Assembly (NCBI GenBank): GCA_964016885.1
Contig: CAXHJY010000365.1
Coordinates: 1 to 50,915, forward strand
Reading direction: 5' to 3'
DNA length: 50,915 nucleotides
From: Eledone cirrhosa
Taxonomy: Eukaryota
Positions within the stretch are counted from its first letter, which is position 1, and each line of letters starts with the position of its first letter. The notes under the pieces are model-generated. The model saw only the letters and a program-made list of their open reading frames with translations. It was not told the DNA's origin and ran no database searches. A program made the position numbers and the translations under genes. Shown piece after piece: positions 13,779 to 28,707 of this stretch.

Positions 13779-15039
13779 CTATCACAAAGCGAAATAAGAC
13801 TAGCAGAGAAGTAGTGGAAACTGATAGTAAAATGAATCCATCAAAGAGTGAAAATATGACCTCGCGTAGATCAAGAGGATCGCTTTTATTAATTAACTTG
13901 TATATCAAATATCTATGTTTTCTGCATGATGACACTTAAACAGTGGCAAATTTCAGTGAATAACTTATTAATTGATTCAACATATGGGTATAATTATTCG
14001 GAGAGAGGTTTAATTAAATAACTTTCCATGCTCAGCGGTCCTATGTTTAGTTGGAAGATCTTACAGCGATTTGGAATTAATTCTCTTCCTCGAATATATC
14101 ACTCAGCATTTTTTGTTGCAATGGTTAAACTATGCAGCAATGAGTGTACGATACTAATATGTAGGTTAATTCAAATCGTAATTTACTCGTTTGTATCTAC
14201 TTCTATTAAAACCTATAAGTACAGAGCGTTTATCTCTTTCATAGTTGTTTATATTGTTGTTGTTGTTTTTGATGACGATGATGAGGTTAATAATGATGAT
14301 GATAATGTTGGTGTTGTAATTATTTTTTAGTTGCAAATAACCTCTGAGTGAGTAGACAAGTGATCAAAAGTACTCTAGCCATACTGTTAGAAGTATGGCT
14401 AGTACTACACTCTCTTTTAAAAGTATGTCGCGTATGAATTTTTTCAGTAAATTCTGGGTAGAGGAATATTCGGTTGCAATTTCTTGTAGCTCAAATAACC
14501 ACGTTCAGTTACAGTGATAATCTAGATTGGGAGTGGGGAACCTGCGGTCTTACGTGGTATGTGGCCTTCCGAAAGAATGCACCCTTCTGGAAGAAGCAAC
14601 ATGTTCGAAAGGAAACCTTCACGTTCGAGTGACTATTTGCTAATTTTATTTTATTTAGCATCTAATCTTTTCAACTAATTTTTAATGGTAGAAAATCTCA
14701 ATTATATGCCGTTATTTACATTAACTATATTTAAATAAAATAACTGAGGCAATTTTTTTTTTATTTAAAATGTGGCCTAATTCGGTGCACTCTTCATGCA
14801 GAAAAAATCTTCCACCCTTGATCTAGATCGATAATTCGAAATCGTATATATATATATATATATGAAAATGAGTTGTTTTCTGTTAATAAATAAAAAACGA
14901 AATGTCCTACACGGGTGAAAGTATAACGAAAAGAAATCGAAAATGCAACTGGAGTTTTTTAAAGAATATTTATTTATTTCCTTTACCGGTTTCACATTTC
15001 TTATGCTTTTCAAAAATAGAATGGAGATGGAGGGTTTGT

Positions 15040-15168
<129 letters not shown>

Positions 15169-16047
15169 GGCTTTGTATTGAATTAAAAGGACAGAATCTA
15201 AGGGACCAGAAGAAAGCAAGCCGGTATTTCTAGCAGTTCAGCATAGATAGGGTTGCAAACGTTGTTCTCGTTAGATGTACTTGAGAATGGGAATATAAAG
15301 AGGATGAGCGAAGGATGTTTGTTTAGAGAAAGTTTCTAAAACATAGGAAGGGGTTGCCTTGATCACCGTTGTCAAGTATCTAATAGTCATATATATAAGC
15401 CTCGCCTTACCTACACGATCATTCATCTCTACTCCTTTATCACTTAAAAACGATGGTTTTACGTTTCATACATAGACGATAGCATCAAAGACAGAAAGCT
15501 ATTAACAGCGGCTTTCACCATATCATACACATAAATATACACACGGACGTAAAATACATACACTCACAGAAGCTTTCATATCAGTGATGTTTATGTTATT
15601 TCTAGTGAGACAAGTGTTGTTACATCAGAGCGAGAGGTAGCAAGGAGTTAGTTAGGAAGATAATTGCAGAGAGGATCAGAGAAAGTAATGGATGAAGAAA
15701 GATACGAATAAATGAAAATACGGAAATATTTTCACAGTGAGAATGATAGAAGAGTGAGAAAAATGGTGCGATTGTGTTTGTAGATTTATATATGTGCTGC
15801 TTGTCAAATATATATATATATATATATATGGGGGGGGGGGGGGTATGTGTGTGTGTCTGTCTATGTCTGTGTGTGATTGACAGCTGAGCGAAAAGAGTAC
15901 TCAATTCCGGAGTAGAGTTTTAATATTCATTTTATTAAACCTGAATAGCGAGTCTTGGTACTCTGGAGTTTCGCCTGTTTATCAAACGTGTATGCATGTG
16001 GGTCTGTGCGTGTGGGTTTGTGTCTGTGTATGTATATATATATATAT

Positions 16048-16090
<43 letters not shown>

Positions 16091-16176
16091 AATGAAAAGT
16101 ATAGAAATTATTGTAGCAAGAAGCCAACAGTATTCCATAATATATAAGTGACTATAGCGTCAAAATGGAAATTATA

Positions 16177-16207
<31 letters not shown>

Positions 16208-16416
16208 ATATATATATATATATGAAATGACGTCATCACATCCATGGAGACCAAATCAGGGTAGTGCTCGACGCATAGAAAGGAGCAGAGGCAGTATAAA
16301 GAAAGGAATATACTATGAAAGGTTTGCTACTTACAATCCGAAACCACTACCAGCCGGGGTCGGGTTTATACATTCATTTATATACAATAATATATACATA
16401 CACAGCTATACAGCTA

Positions 16417-16462
<46 letters not shown>

Positions 16463-16998
16463 CACAGATATATATATGTATATATATATGTATATAAACA
16501 CAATAACACATATATAGGCTCATACAACAATAGAGAATACATGTATATACTTTGTGCGTGCGTACATATCCACATATCCATATATGTATACAAAACATGT
16601 AGAAGGCGGTTGAAGAGTGAAATGGCAAAGAAAAAAGAAAAAGTAAAGTGTAAATGGAAATGCATTTAAGAAGGAAGAAATGATAGCTTTTTGAGAGATA
16701 AATGTATAGATATAAAGTAATTGATATAGTTGTATAAAAAAAGTGTAGAAAGTCAGCAATTTTGTTGACATGGTCATTGACTTGATAGTATACACCTGTA
16801 ACAAGTGACAGAGACAGATCGAATCGCGCTGAAGAATAAGTGATAACAATCATTCTATAAACAGGAGAGTGCGGTAGGGAAAATGAAAACACTTTGAGAC
16901 AATAACAGCATGAATTACAGTTCGAGGAGAAAAAACAGAAACACAATATCTCCTGCTGTCCTCTTTCCATTTTATCCTCCTCTTCCAACTCCATAGTT

Positions 16999-17114
16999 AT
17001 CTTCTTCTTCTTCTTCTTCTTCTTCTTCTTCTTCTTCTTCTTCTTCTTCTTCTTCTTCTTCTTCTTCTTCTTCTTCTTCTTCTTCTTCTTCTTCTTCTTC
17101 TTCTTCTTTTTCTC

Positions 17115-17150
<36 letters not shown>
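16999..17150 (+). repeat. (TTC)n followed by (TTTC)n
   Basis: Direct reading. Confidence 0.95.
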
Positions 17151-17432
17151 TCCATCTTTCCTTTTCTTTTCTTCATCTTTTTCCAAATTCTTTTTCTTCA
17201 CGGGAAGAGATAACCTGGCGTTCTCAGTTCAAATGCTACCGACAATCACGTAGAAGTGTTTATAATGTGATTTGAGAGAAATTTCTAGCATATTGGCCAA
17301 TCGGTTTTATTTTTGTGTGAGTAGTACCAGTCAGATAATACTTCGATAAAACAAATTAAAACACCACTCTTATTTGTAAATGCTGAACATATTCATGAGC
17401 CCTTTTCTCTTTAACCCATCAAATATGTGTGT

Positions 17433-18065
17433 ATACAGGGTTTCTGAGATAAGTGAGGACATTTGCATGAATTAAATAAAATACACATAGCTCACAAACG
17501 AAGAGCTTTGTTTAAGTAGAAATTGGAAGGAATAAACCTGAGTTTCATCCTGACGCGTCTACGTAATGAAATTGTCGTTGGCGTTGATGACTGATTCAAT
17601 ACAACGTCTGAAACGTTGATATGTTCTAATCAGATGATCATTATATATTCCAGGCATTCTAATTGTTATGGTGGACTTCGGAAATATTATAATAGTGTTA
17701 TGTGTAAGTTGATTGATTTCCCTCTTTAAGTAGTAGGCCAATGCATTCAGGTCTGGAGAGCTATGAAGCCATATTTTGGGGGTGCCGGAGTGGTGGAAAT
17801 TGTAAATCATACATGCTTATTCGTATTGGCCTTATGTGACGGGGCAGAGTATTCCTAGTAGGTGTACGATCTTCCTTTGCACACAACCTTCACCAACACT
17901 CCCTAAGAAAGAAGTGAAGATGTATGACATTTCCTTCGTTGTGTACGACTTACAGAACCACTTGCCGAAAACACTGTTGGAGCGTTTGAGGATCTCTGTA
18001 TAACTATCCGCCATTCCTTCCTTTGACCTTTTGCTCCTGATAGAAGGTTTTCTCACCAAAGAAAG
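17433..18065 (-). mobile_element. Tc1/mariner (DD37D/maT-like) transposase remnant with one terminal inverted repeat
   Basis: GEKTFYQEQKV, NEGNVIHLHFF, KGRSY..SAPSHKA, WLHSSPDLNALAYY (WPPxSPDLNPxDY-like) and FRRCIESVINANDNFI. TA-CAGGGT... terminus near 17433. Confidence 0.75.
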
Positions 18066-19515
18066 AGCAACACGTTCCGGACTCTCGATGTTTCAACTTT
18101 CTCAACAAGTGCATTGTGTGGAGATGCATTTATTTTGGGTTAGTGGGCGTCATATTTAATACATCCTTAGAAATGTTTGCGATTTATGATCGCTTGGCCA
18201 AACTAGATATAATTTGAGAGATCTATCCGGTTTTTTGTATGTGTGTGTATGTTTTTTGTGCATATAATATATTTGACTGCATTAGCAACCGTGATTTGAT
18301 TCCTATTTATACTGGGCTTACTTATCAGGTACAGGTTATTTTTCAATCTATGAACTATTGTGAAATGGGTATTATAGTGGACGAGGTTTAAAGAACCCTA
18401 TGATAAAATTCCGAGCAACTTTCTTAAGTAGAACTAGAAAGGTGTGGAGAAAAGAGAATTTGCCTTGCAGTAAAACTTCTTTACTCTGGATGGGGATAAC
18501 AGAATCACGCGTGGATTAAAAGACGACACTTCCGTTCCATACGGATTGATTCAGAAAGAAATAGTAATATTCCTTCGTACACAGAATGATAAGAGTAGCC
18601 ATTATCTGATGAGTAGGAACATCTCTGAAATTCAGCTTAAAACCTCTTCATTTTCTGTTAATAATTATGTATACATGTCTTTTCACAATGATCGTTTCTA
18701 ATTAAAAACATGTTCTAGATTTATCCATGTTAAACTTACCTTAAAATATTCATATATAGAGGGAGAGCTTGGGAGAGAAAGATATGTATGTGTCTGTATG
18801 TATGTCTGTCTCTGAGGTAACTAAATCAATTAACCACACATGGCATATTCAATTTCCTGTCTTGAATGTAATCATTTACTCCAATTACCCTACACCTAAT
18901 TAAACATTCCCCTATGTAAAATATATGTACAGACTAAATCAGAAAACAAGGAAAATTAACCCTCTACCTCCTAGAAATTGGGGCCAGATCTCACTTCTTC
19001 AATTTAAAGTGGACGGCTGGAATGTATAATGACATATGTCTGCGCCACCTTAAATTGATCGAACGTTTTATCGAATGCCTGATCAGGACACATTCAGTAA
19101 CTACCACAAATATTTAACGTGTGTGTCTGTGTGCGTGGGTATGGTACGTGTGTGGCATATATAAGACAGGCACTAACGAAGATATGTGTGTGAAGGCTAT
19201 ATATATATTTTTAAATATTCATGTTTCTCGCTATATTTGAGTGTCTTCATTACAAACGCCAGTTTCCCCGTTTTCGTGTGTCATTATTTTCTGATGTGGA
19301 TCAATTTCTTCTGTCCGGTAGGTCTAAAACTACCGTTGACAACATATGTCCCAGATAAGATAAAACTTACAACAACGGAAGCTACAGCGACGACAGAAGT
19401 AACTAATCTCGATAACAAAACATAAAATGTTCAGCACAATAGAAAGCTACTAAAAGCTTTCAACTGAGACGAGTACAAACACCACTGAGCACAATAATGA
19501 TATTTCAATTAAATA

Positions 19516-19598
19516 AGAAAGAAGAAGAAGAAGAAGAAGAAGAAGAAGAAGAAGAAGAAGAAGAAGAAGAAGAAGAAGAAGAAGAAGAAGAAGAAGAA
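19516..19598 (+). repeat. (GAA)n
   Basis: Direct reading. Confidence 0.95.
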
Positions 19599-19661
19599 GG
19601 CCATAAAACAAGAACACCCATCAGGTGTTATTTCCTGGAGTACAAGTACACAGACACACAC

Positions 19662-19762
<101 letters not shown>

Positions 19763-19954
19763 ATTATTCCGGAGCGTACTCGATACTTGGGGTATATATA
19801 ATGTTAGTTCCCTGACTGAATTCGTACTACGATGCTTGATCTGCCATCGAGCCGAATTATATACTTCTCTGCCAGGTGTCTTGATCTGAGAATGTGTTTT
19901 AAATTAAAGTAATCAAAACGTAGAAGAACCATTGTAATTTAAACACACACACAC

Positions 19955-19987
<33 letters not shown>

Positions 19988-19996
19988 CATATATAC

Positions 19997-20068
<72 letters not shown>

Positions 20069-20117
20069 GTATATATGTATATATATATATGTACATATAT
20101 ATGTATATATATATATG

Positions 20118-20151
<34 letters not shown>

Positions 20152-20155
20152 TGTG

Positions 20156-20245
<90 letters not shown>

Positions 20246-20283
20246 TATATATGTATATATATATATGTATATATATATATTTG

Positions 20284-20333
<50 letters not shown>

Positions 20334-20468
20334 TATGGTATGAGGATCAGGTAAATTTGGAGTCTGATCCGGGGTGCCAACCCAGGTCACGAGCAAGCTG
20401 CTTGAGAAACCAGGATTGTAACCAGGATTGAGCAATAAATCTATGCAACACCTCCTTTTTATTCTTAT

Positions 20469-20499
<31 letters not shown>

Positions 20500-21584
20500 A
20501 TATATATATATACATACATACACACATACATACATATATACATACATACATACATGCACGCATACATGCATTCAGGTATATTCAAATAAACACAACTATA
20601 CATTTGTATACGAGAAAATACGACATAAATAAAAAAAATACGAGATGCGGTGTAAAGAAAATGAATTGAAGTGGCGCAAATGGAAATTCTTGAAATGTGG
20701 GGGTAATAAAATATAAGAATAAAGGAAGGAAGAATAAAATAAAATATAGAAAGAAAAAAAAATAATGAAGAAACGGAAGTAAAGAAATGCGAATATTCAG
20801 AAATATCGAATTGATCTTAAACTAGGGTGACCCATGGAAATACGCGGGTTGTATTTTGGTACATAAATTTATAGAGCTTCATAACATTGTTTCATTCGTT
20901 GAAATGTTCGATTATGTCTTCGATTTCGTTCCATAGTTAAGGTTCTTGTAAGCATAACACTCAAATCTTTTATTTATAGGATTTTTGAAAGCATAACACC
21001 AGTGCACGTTTAATGACAAGCAGAATAATATTACAAATTATGGAAATACTTTTATGTAGATATGTTTTGATATAAATTTTATTTATCCACAATTATGCCA
21101 ACACCATTGAAGACATATAAGAGGAGTCCCTATCAAGTTGCTTTTCTTTTGTGTGTGTTTGGGGGGCACCCAACCATATCCAATGCGACACCTATTTTTA
21201 AGATTGTAAGTTTCTCGCTAAAGGGAGTATCGTGCATTGTTTTGGTGGTTCCCGCTTTGCGGAGATATCTTATTTAAACAGTTGATGATAAAAGTTGGTG
21301 ACAAATGCCGTCTAGTCATGACTATCCCATCTTTTCGTATATTAAATACGTTATGAAGCATAAGACTCCTTTTCCAAAACCATGGCTTGTGTTTTCATTG
21401 AAATTTGGCTGCTCTTTCTAGCAGATCGAGTGAAACAAGGAAAGATAATCTGGTATTCATGAAGTTGATGTTACAAAATACACGCACGCATCCACACATA
21501 TACATAATTGCACATACACACGCTGACGCACACACAAAAATAAACACTCACATGTATGTGTGTGTGTGTGTTTAACGAATAATG

Positions 21585-21760
21585 TTTTCTGACTTAGGCA
21601 CAAGACCAACAATTTTAGAGGAGGGGAAAGTCGATTAAATCGACCCCGTAAGGATGAAAGGCAAAGTTAACCTCGGCGGGATTTGAACTCAGAGTCGCAA
21701 CGGCCGTAACTCTATGCGTCAAAGCATGGCGTCCCACCCTCTACCGATACTGCCAATCCC
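21585..21760 (-). mobile_element. tRNA-derived SINE
   Basis: Reverse complement of the same head and core. Confidence 0.8.
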
Positions 21761-22336
21761 CCAACGTTTAACAACGAATCCAAGATTATATATTCACATC
21801 TACACTAGTTTTAAATAAAAACAAAACCATTCCTATCAGCACTAACGGCAATGCTATCATTCTTTACAACAAATACTAGTGATTATAATGAGATAAACTT
21901 ACACGATGGTGATACATGTCTAGTGATACTTGTAGCAAAAATAATTAAGTCTTTTAGTAAGTATATATCATGTCTAAATAAAAGAGGTAACGACGATGAA
22001 AGACTATAGAGGTCTGTAAGACGAGAAGAACTAGAGGTGGGAGACAATTGTTAGAAGGAACACAGATAAATACAAATAGCTACCATGGTAATGTGAAATA
22101 GAGAACAATTATCAGAATCCAAATATTTTGTAGCTATTCGTATACAAACATGATTTAGTTATAAGAAAAAGTATAACACTCATGACTATTTTCAGGCAAC
22201 ACGAAACTATTAAGAATGAGGAAAGAAGAAAAGTTGACCTCAAACCGCAGACTTGCCTCACCATAATTGCTTGTAGCAAAGTATACTATGTTTGCTAAAA
22301 TTACTAAACGACGGAGTGATAGTCTTAAATAAGACG

Positions 22337-22370
<34 letters not shown>

Positions 22371-22374
<4 letters not shown>

Positions 22375-22483
22375 GTTTCTACTTTTGGCAGTACCATTAC
22401 TGGTACTTTATTTTATCGACCCCGTAAGGATGAAAGGCAAAGTTGACCTCGGCGGGATTTGAACTCAAAATGGAAATGGCCAT
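22371..22483 (-). mobile_element. tRNA-derived SINE (5'-truncated)
   Basis: Same core, reverse strand. Confidence 0.8.
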
Positions 22484-22546
22484 AATATTAGAATTTTTTT
22501 CTCGCCCTTCACACACACATATTATATATATATATATAGGTATAAG

Positions 22547-22733
22547 GGCGGTGGAGTAGCAGTATCGGTAGAGGGTCGGAAACCATGCTTTCCAGCATAG
22601 TTACGTCCCTTTACGATCTGAGTTCAAATCCCGCCGAGGTTGACTTTGCCTTTCATCCTTACGGGGTCGATAAAATAAAGTACCAGTAATGCACTGGGTA
22701 TTTGCTGGCCTTGTGCCTAAAGTAGAAACAATT
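22547..22733 (+). mobile_element. tRNA-derived SINE (full length)
   Basis: A-box-like GGCGGTGGAGTAGCAGTATCGG, B-box, core, and 3' end AGTAGAAACAATT. Confidence 0.85.
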
Positions 22734-22964
22734 ATATATATATATATAATGTGTATGTGTGTATGTGTGTGTGTGTGTGTACGTGTGCATACTTACATTT
22801 ATGTATCAGCTTCACTAGGGTGAGAAATAAAATGATAATTCTAGTTTTAATATTCGGCAAGGCCAGCCGTAACTCGCTCGGTATGCAAATGAGGCTAGTC
22901 AGCCGATGTGTACTTAAGAAAATACTATATAATTTCAACTGTTCAATAGACTGAAATAAAATTC

Positions 22965-23010
<46 letters not shown>

Positions 23011-23317
23011 TATATACATATACATATGTACGTATGGGTTATATCGAACACTAATAATAATGTTCGATTCGTTTGTAAACAAACGGCCAGATTTGAAGCT
23101 GTGCTGGTGACCAATCGTCACCTGTTTGTTCAACACTGGCTTTGAGGAACAATCAACATGTTTCTGGGTCATTACCCTTCATTGGGACTGTACAGATCTA
23201 GCTGTTGAAACAGCAGGAGCTCAGCCGTGAGGGTCCCGAATTTTCATATATTTATATATATATATATAAATATAATGTATTAATGTATTTACAAAAATGT
23301 ACACGCACGCACGCACG

Positions 23318-23416
<99 letters not shown>

Positions 23417-25155
23417 TCACAGTAATAAGTATTCCAAATAGCTGATGACATTCTATTTTAAATTTTTTTTTCTTTGATCTTAAGTCATTGGAAATTTAAA
23501 AAATGAATCTGTGTTTGTGTTTTATGATCAATAATAAAAGTACTAAACCTATACATAATAAATCGATATATTTATTATCTTCCTTTTAAGTTATTGACTA
23601 TACGTCTATACATGATCAATTTGACTGTTACATTATATACTCCTTGTTAGTATATAGAGAACTCTCAGTAGGTTTTATCACGTTGTTCTGAAGACAACTT
23701 ATCAAATAAGTTCGATTATTTAGGTAAATCTTTAATAAAAATCCAATCTCAGACGGAATTCATATAGTTGATTCTTTAGTTGTGGTTTCTTTTTATTTCG
23801 AAGTCAGCCCTGCTCTAGTTCCCAAAGGATCAAATCTATTCCGACTGTGACCACCCGATCTTTTTTCAGAGATAATCTAAATAGAATAGTTTTATCCACT
23901 ATTTCCTTTTTAGTGGATAGAGATTCGAATACTAACTCTACCCAGCCGAATGGTCATCTAGATTTTCTCTCTCTTTCTGGTAGAATTGCTATCTATTATT
24001 CAAAAAATGATTATTACCCATTGCCTACAATTGAAAAAAAAAATCTGTTCGTTTTAGTCTCTTTATCAGTCTGTGTCAACTAGATTCCATTCACTCTATC
24101 ACATAATCCTCTTCCTCTAAGTTGATTTCCGGTTTCGTTATGTTATTTCGTTATTGCTGTAACTCTAAATCTTCTCGAATCTGTGCAGAGTTATAATCAA
24201 AGACACCCCAGCTATGACAGTCCTTTCACATCGTACATCTAGGGTTCAAAAGCCCCTTTACTTCATTATCTTTAAATATTTAATGTTCAATGCCGTAGAT
24301 ACGTATAATAATTGAGTTCCGATATTGCAACCGAGAATTAAATATGTGTCGTAAACTTGACACAACCAACATTTTATTTCTCTCCTATTAATTTTAACTA
24401 CGTTAAAACATATGGTAGAATAATATAGTGCATAGAATGCTTATCTCTTGGCAGTTCAGTCTTACTTTGTTACTTTCCTATTTCTCTCCCTTTAAAAGTT
24501 GCTGATATCCTTTACCGCAATACAATATAATTGAAAGAGTTTTAATTTTACTATGCTGCTAATAGAATTTTACTTAGGAGGCCAGCCTGTAAGACAAAGT
24601 TGTCTATGAATATAAGTATGAAAATATTCCTCAGTTAACGGCACACTTTACCACAGTGATTCCCAACGTGGACGCTGTGAGTTTTATTTCATTTAGGTGG
24701 AGGAGGTATACTCTGGTGGGCGGTAGGCATTTATCTATTTTTTTTCTTTCTAATCTTTTTCTTTCAAATTTTCAAAAATTTAAAAAACACTTTTACTATT
24801 TGGCGACGCCTAGTGAATTCCTGGCACCATGTGTAACTGGTGACGCTAAAGTGATCCCCCCCCCCAAAAAAAAAACAAACGAATGGTGACAGACGACTAA
24901 AAGAAAAGAAACAATGAATAAAACCGAAAAGCTGAATGTGTGTATTTGTGTGCAAATGTACAAAGAATGGTGGTCAGAATTTTGGATCAAACTGGCTTTT
25001 GGGAGTGGCTTATATGTATGTGTTTGTATATATGGGTATGTTTGTATATATATGATTATGTGTATGTGAGTGTGTCGCCATTTTGAATTCCTTTCTGTGA
25101 TTGAACATAAATTGACCCCCAGTGATTAAAGTCCCAACCACACACACACACACAC

Positions 25156-25254
<99 letters not shown>

Positions 25255-26055
25255 TACACACACATACATTTGTTTTAGGTTTTGTACCAATTTGAACTGC
25301 GGCCATACACCAGATAACGTGGTAAATCTTATGTTCCAAAATTCAAATTTTGAATTTGTTTTAATTATAAAATTACACCTAAGCTAAAAACACTATTTTT
25401 GGCTTTGCAAAATTAAGACAATATTAAAATTACTTTTGCACTAATACCTAAGTATCATCTTTCTATGTAAGATGAATTCGGTACATTATTTTTAATTTAA
25501 TTTGACAGGGGTGGGGTGACAAAAAATGTTTGTGCCCAAAGGGGGCGCTGGCTGAACAAAAAGTTGGGAAACCCTGCTTTACCATAACGAGGTGAAATAC
25601 TTTACAGTACCCACTGCTACCAAAGGGATATTGAAAGTTAAATGTATTTGCATATACACCACCAAACAATACAGGATGTGCAGTATTCGCTGGGCCGACA
25701 ATTTTATTGGCTTTCGGAACCTGACTGCAAGAAACATTTATATAAACATTTATGTAAATATCAAGAAAACAAACCATTGTAAGGAATGAGATGTATTAAC
25801 GATGATGTAGATATATTTTAACTTACAAACAATCCTTTCAATTAGAGGCGTTTAAATAGTGCATCAGACAGAGTAGTTTACGGTTAACGATCCTAATGAT
25901 TGATATTCAAAGTATTCTCCAGATTTTAGTTAATATGCTCGTTAATATTCCCTTACATATTGAAAATATCAAAGCATTAGAAATGATGGATTTAATTTGA
26001 AAATAGATTCGTCACAATGCAAATAACTATAAAAATAGTTGAGATTTATAAATAA

Positions 26056-26654
26056 CTAGCAGTGGTACCCGGCGTTGCACGGGATAAGGTATTTTGGAAC
26101 GCGGGCTGCAAACAGACCTAATCGTGGAAAAACTGCATGCCTGGACAATATGTAAAGAAAATAAACCGAATACTCTGATGGCTGGATAATCTATAAGATT
26201 TTCCTCAATGAAGCAGGAAAAATGCAGGTTTTCACCTAATGCGGACCCTAGGGGATCAAGAAAATGAATTTTTTTTATGTGCATAATATGCCTTGAAATT
26301 TCGGGAAAATCGGCTAGATGTAACGCCTCCAAAAAGCCCTAAGAAGCTGAAAAAATGAAATTATTCACCTAATGTGGGCCCTAGGCCATAAAAAAAGTTG
26401 CATTTTCTTTGCTCACGGTATGAAGAAGAGACTGACTGATACATAATTACAATTTCAAGGAAATTGGTCTCACGTAACGCCTCAAAACACCCCTAAAATG
26501 CTTAAGAAACACAGTTTTTCACCTAATGCGGGCCCTAGAAGATCAAAAAGTTGAATTTTCTTATGTGCATAACACTCCCTGAAACATAAGTAATACACAT
26601 GTAAAGGTTGAAAAAAATCGGTTAGGTACTACTCGAGGTTTAGGGATTCAAACT

Positions 26655-26722
<68 letters not shown>

Positions 26723-27030
26723 TACACACACAGAGGCAAACAAACATCCTCAGGGAAGTGACGTAATGTAGACAGCCAGACATACAGACAGATATTATAA
26801 GGGCGCGTCGTTATATGTATGTATCTAAAAAGAGAAAGACTAAGAATTATAGGGAGATATCGCCTAATGCGGTCCCTAGGGCATTGAAAATGTTATTTGC
26901 TCAGAACACTCCCTGAAACATAAGTATTACATGTGTAAAGTTTGAAAAGAGTCGGTTGGGCGCTTCTCGAATTTTAGGGATTCAAATTCACACACACACA
27001 GTCAGACATCCTCAGTTTTATATATAGAGA
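26056..27030 (-). mobile_element. Non-autonomous Helitron
   Basis: Minus strand: A|TCTCTATATA 5' end; 3' hairpin CCCG-tgcaacgc-CGGG (26068-26083), then CTAG|T. No TSD. Internal repeats of CCTAATGCGG.CCCTAG and a (CA)n tract. Confidence 0.8.
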
Positions 27031-27218
27031 TAGTTGAATAAAGCCTGAAGACGGAATGTAAAGAGTGACGTCTTCGGGGAATCGATCCACGCATCTCTTG
27101 TAGGCAAACATGCTTATTGTTCTGTGTTTAAAAACTGAACTGTAGATATTTAAGTATAGTTGACACTATATGTACATGTCCTACATTGGATTTGAAACTG
27201 CTGTCATTATTTTTTTCT

Positions 27219-28026
27219 GTGGATTGGCAGTATCGGGAGAGAGTCGGATGTCATGCTTTGAAGCATAGAGTTACCTCCCTGTATGATCTGAGTTCAAATC
27301 CCGCCGAGGTTAACTTTGCCTTTCATCCTTCCGGGGTCGATAAAATAAAATACCAGTAATGCACTGGATATTTGCTGGCCTTGTGCCAAAAGTAGAAACA
27401 ATTATTGTTCTCTGCCAAGAGCGGTGGATTGTCAGTAGGTCGGACGCCATGCTTTGCAGCATAGAGCTACGGCCCTTTATGATCTGAGTTCAAATCCTAC
27501 CGAGGTTAACTTTTCCTTTCATCCTTACGGGGTCGATAAAATAAAGTACCAGTAATACACCGGGGTAATTGCTGGCTTTGTGACAAAAGTAGAAACAATT
27601 ATTTTTCTGTGCCAAAATAAAAGGACTCTTAGAAATCAATGCTTTTGCTTTATTGTGAAATAGTTAATTGGTAAGGAAAAATTATCTCCAACTATTATTA
27701 GTTGTTAAATAATTATTTGCCATATTATTGACAAGTTTTATTACTATTCATCATCCTTACGGGGGCGATAAAATAAAGTACAAGTAATGCACTGGTTAAT
27801 TGCTGGCCTTGTGCCTAAAGTAGAAACAATTATTATCATTGGATTGGCAGTATCGGTAGAGGGTCGGACGCTATCCTTTGATGCATAGAGTTACGGCCCT
27901 TGCCATTCTGAGTTCAAATCCCGCCGAGTTTAACTTTGCCTTTCATCCTTACGGGGTCGATAAAATAAAGTACCAGTAATGCTCTGGGTGATTTCTGGCC
28001 TTGTGCCAAACGTAGAAACAATTATT
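27219..28026 (+). mobile_element. Cluster of four same-orientation SINE copies
   Basis: Copies at ~27219-27406, 27419-27602, 27749-27832 (3' part only) and 27840-28026. Confidence 0.85.
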
Positions 28027-28295
28027 ATCATATTAAATTTGTTTTCTTTGTTGAAATAGGCTGTAGGGGTCATAACGGAACGAGAGAATGACGGTCATCT
28101 TGCTCATACAATCTAAAAGGACATATATATGTCTTTAATAACTCCAATCACTTCAGAATGTCTACTGGGAGCGTATTTCTTAAAAACTAAAATCAAATAG
28201 GTTTTGTTCGAAATTTACCCTTGATTTTCTCTCTCTGACTCTCTTTCTGTCTCTTATTAATACACTCAATATACACACTTACCCAGACATACAGA

Positions 28296-28375
<80 letters not shown>

Positions 28376-28378
28376 GCC

Positions 28379-28415
<37 letters not shown>

Positions 28416-28467
28416 AATATATAAACTCATTCTTTGACATAATCATTGAATATCGTTTAACACTTTA

Positions 28468-28515
<48 letters not shown>

Positions 28516-28565
28516 TAATAAAATAATGAATAAACAAAGAAACAGTCCCTTATATTAAAAAAAAT

Positions 28566-28707
28566 TCATTATTTGACGATCGTTTCTAGGATATATATGT
28601 GATAGAGTTGGTATGCATATTCTATAGATCTATGTATAGTATTTATACAAACTATCAGAGGGAATATACATACCTACACATATATATGCTGTCTTCAGAA
28701 ATAATGA
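28566..28707 (-). ncRNA. Type I hammerhead ribozyme with extended stem II
   Basis: UCAUUAUUU-CUGAAGA-[105 nt hairpin]-GAA-AC-GAUC-GU-C-AAAUAAUGA: 9-bp stem I, intact core, GUC triplet, palindromic stem III ACGAUCGU. Confidence 0.8.

Noticed and set aside
16374-17201. 275-aa poly-Lys ORF
   Set aside because: Built from (TTC)n and (TA)n repeats joined by AT-rich non-coding sequence.
25555-25576. hAT-like terminus (minus strand CAGGGTTTCCCAAC)
   Set aside because: No matching second TIR or 8-bp TSD could be established.
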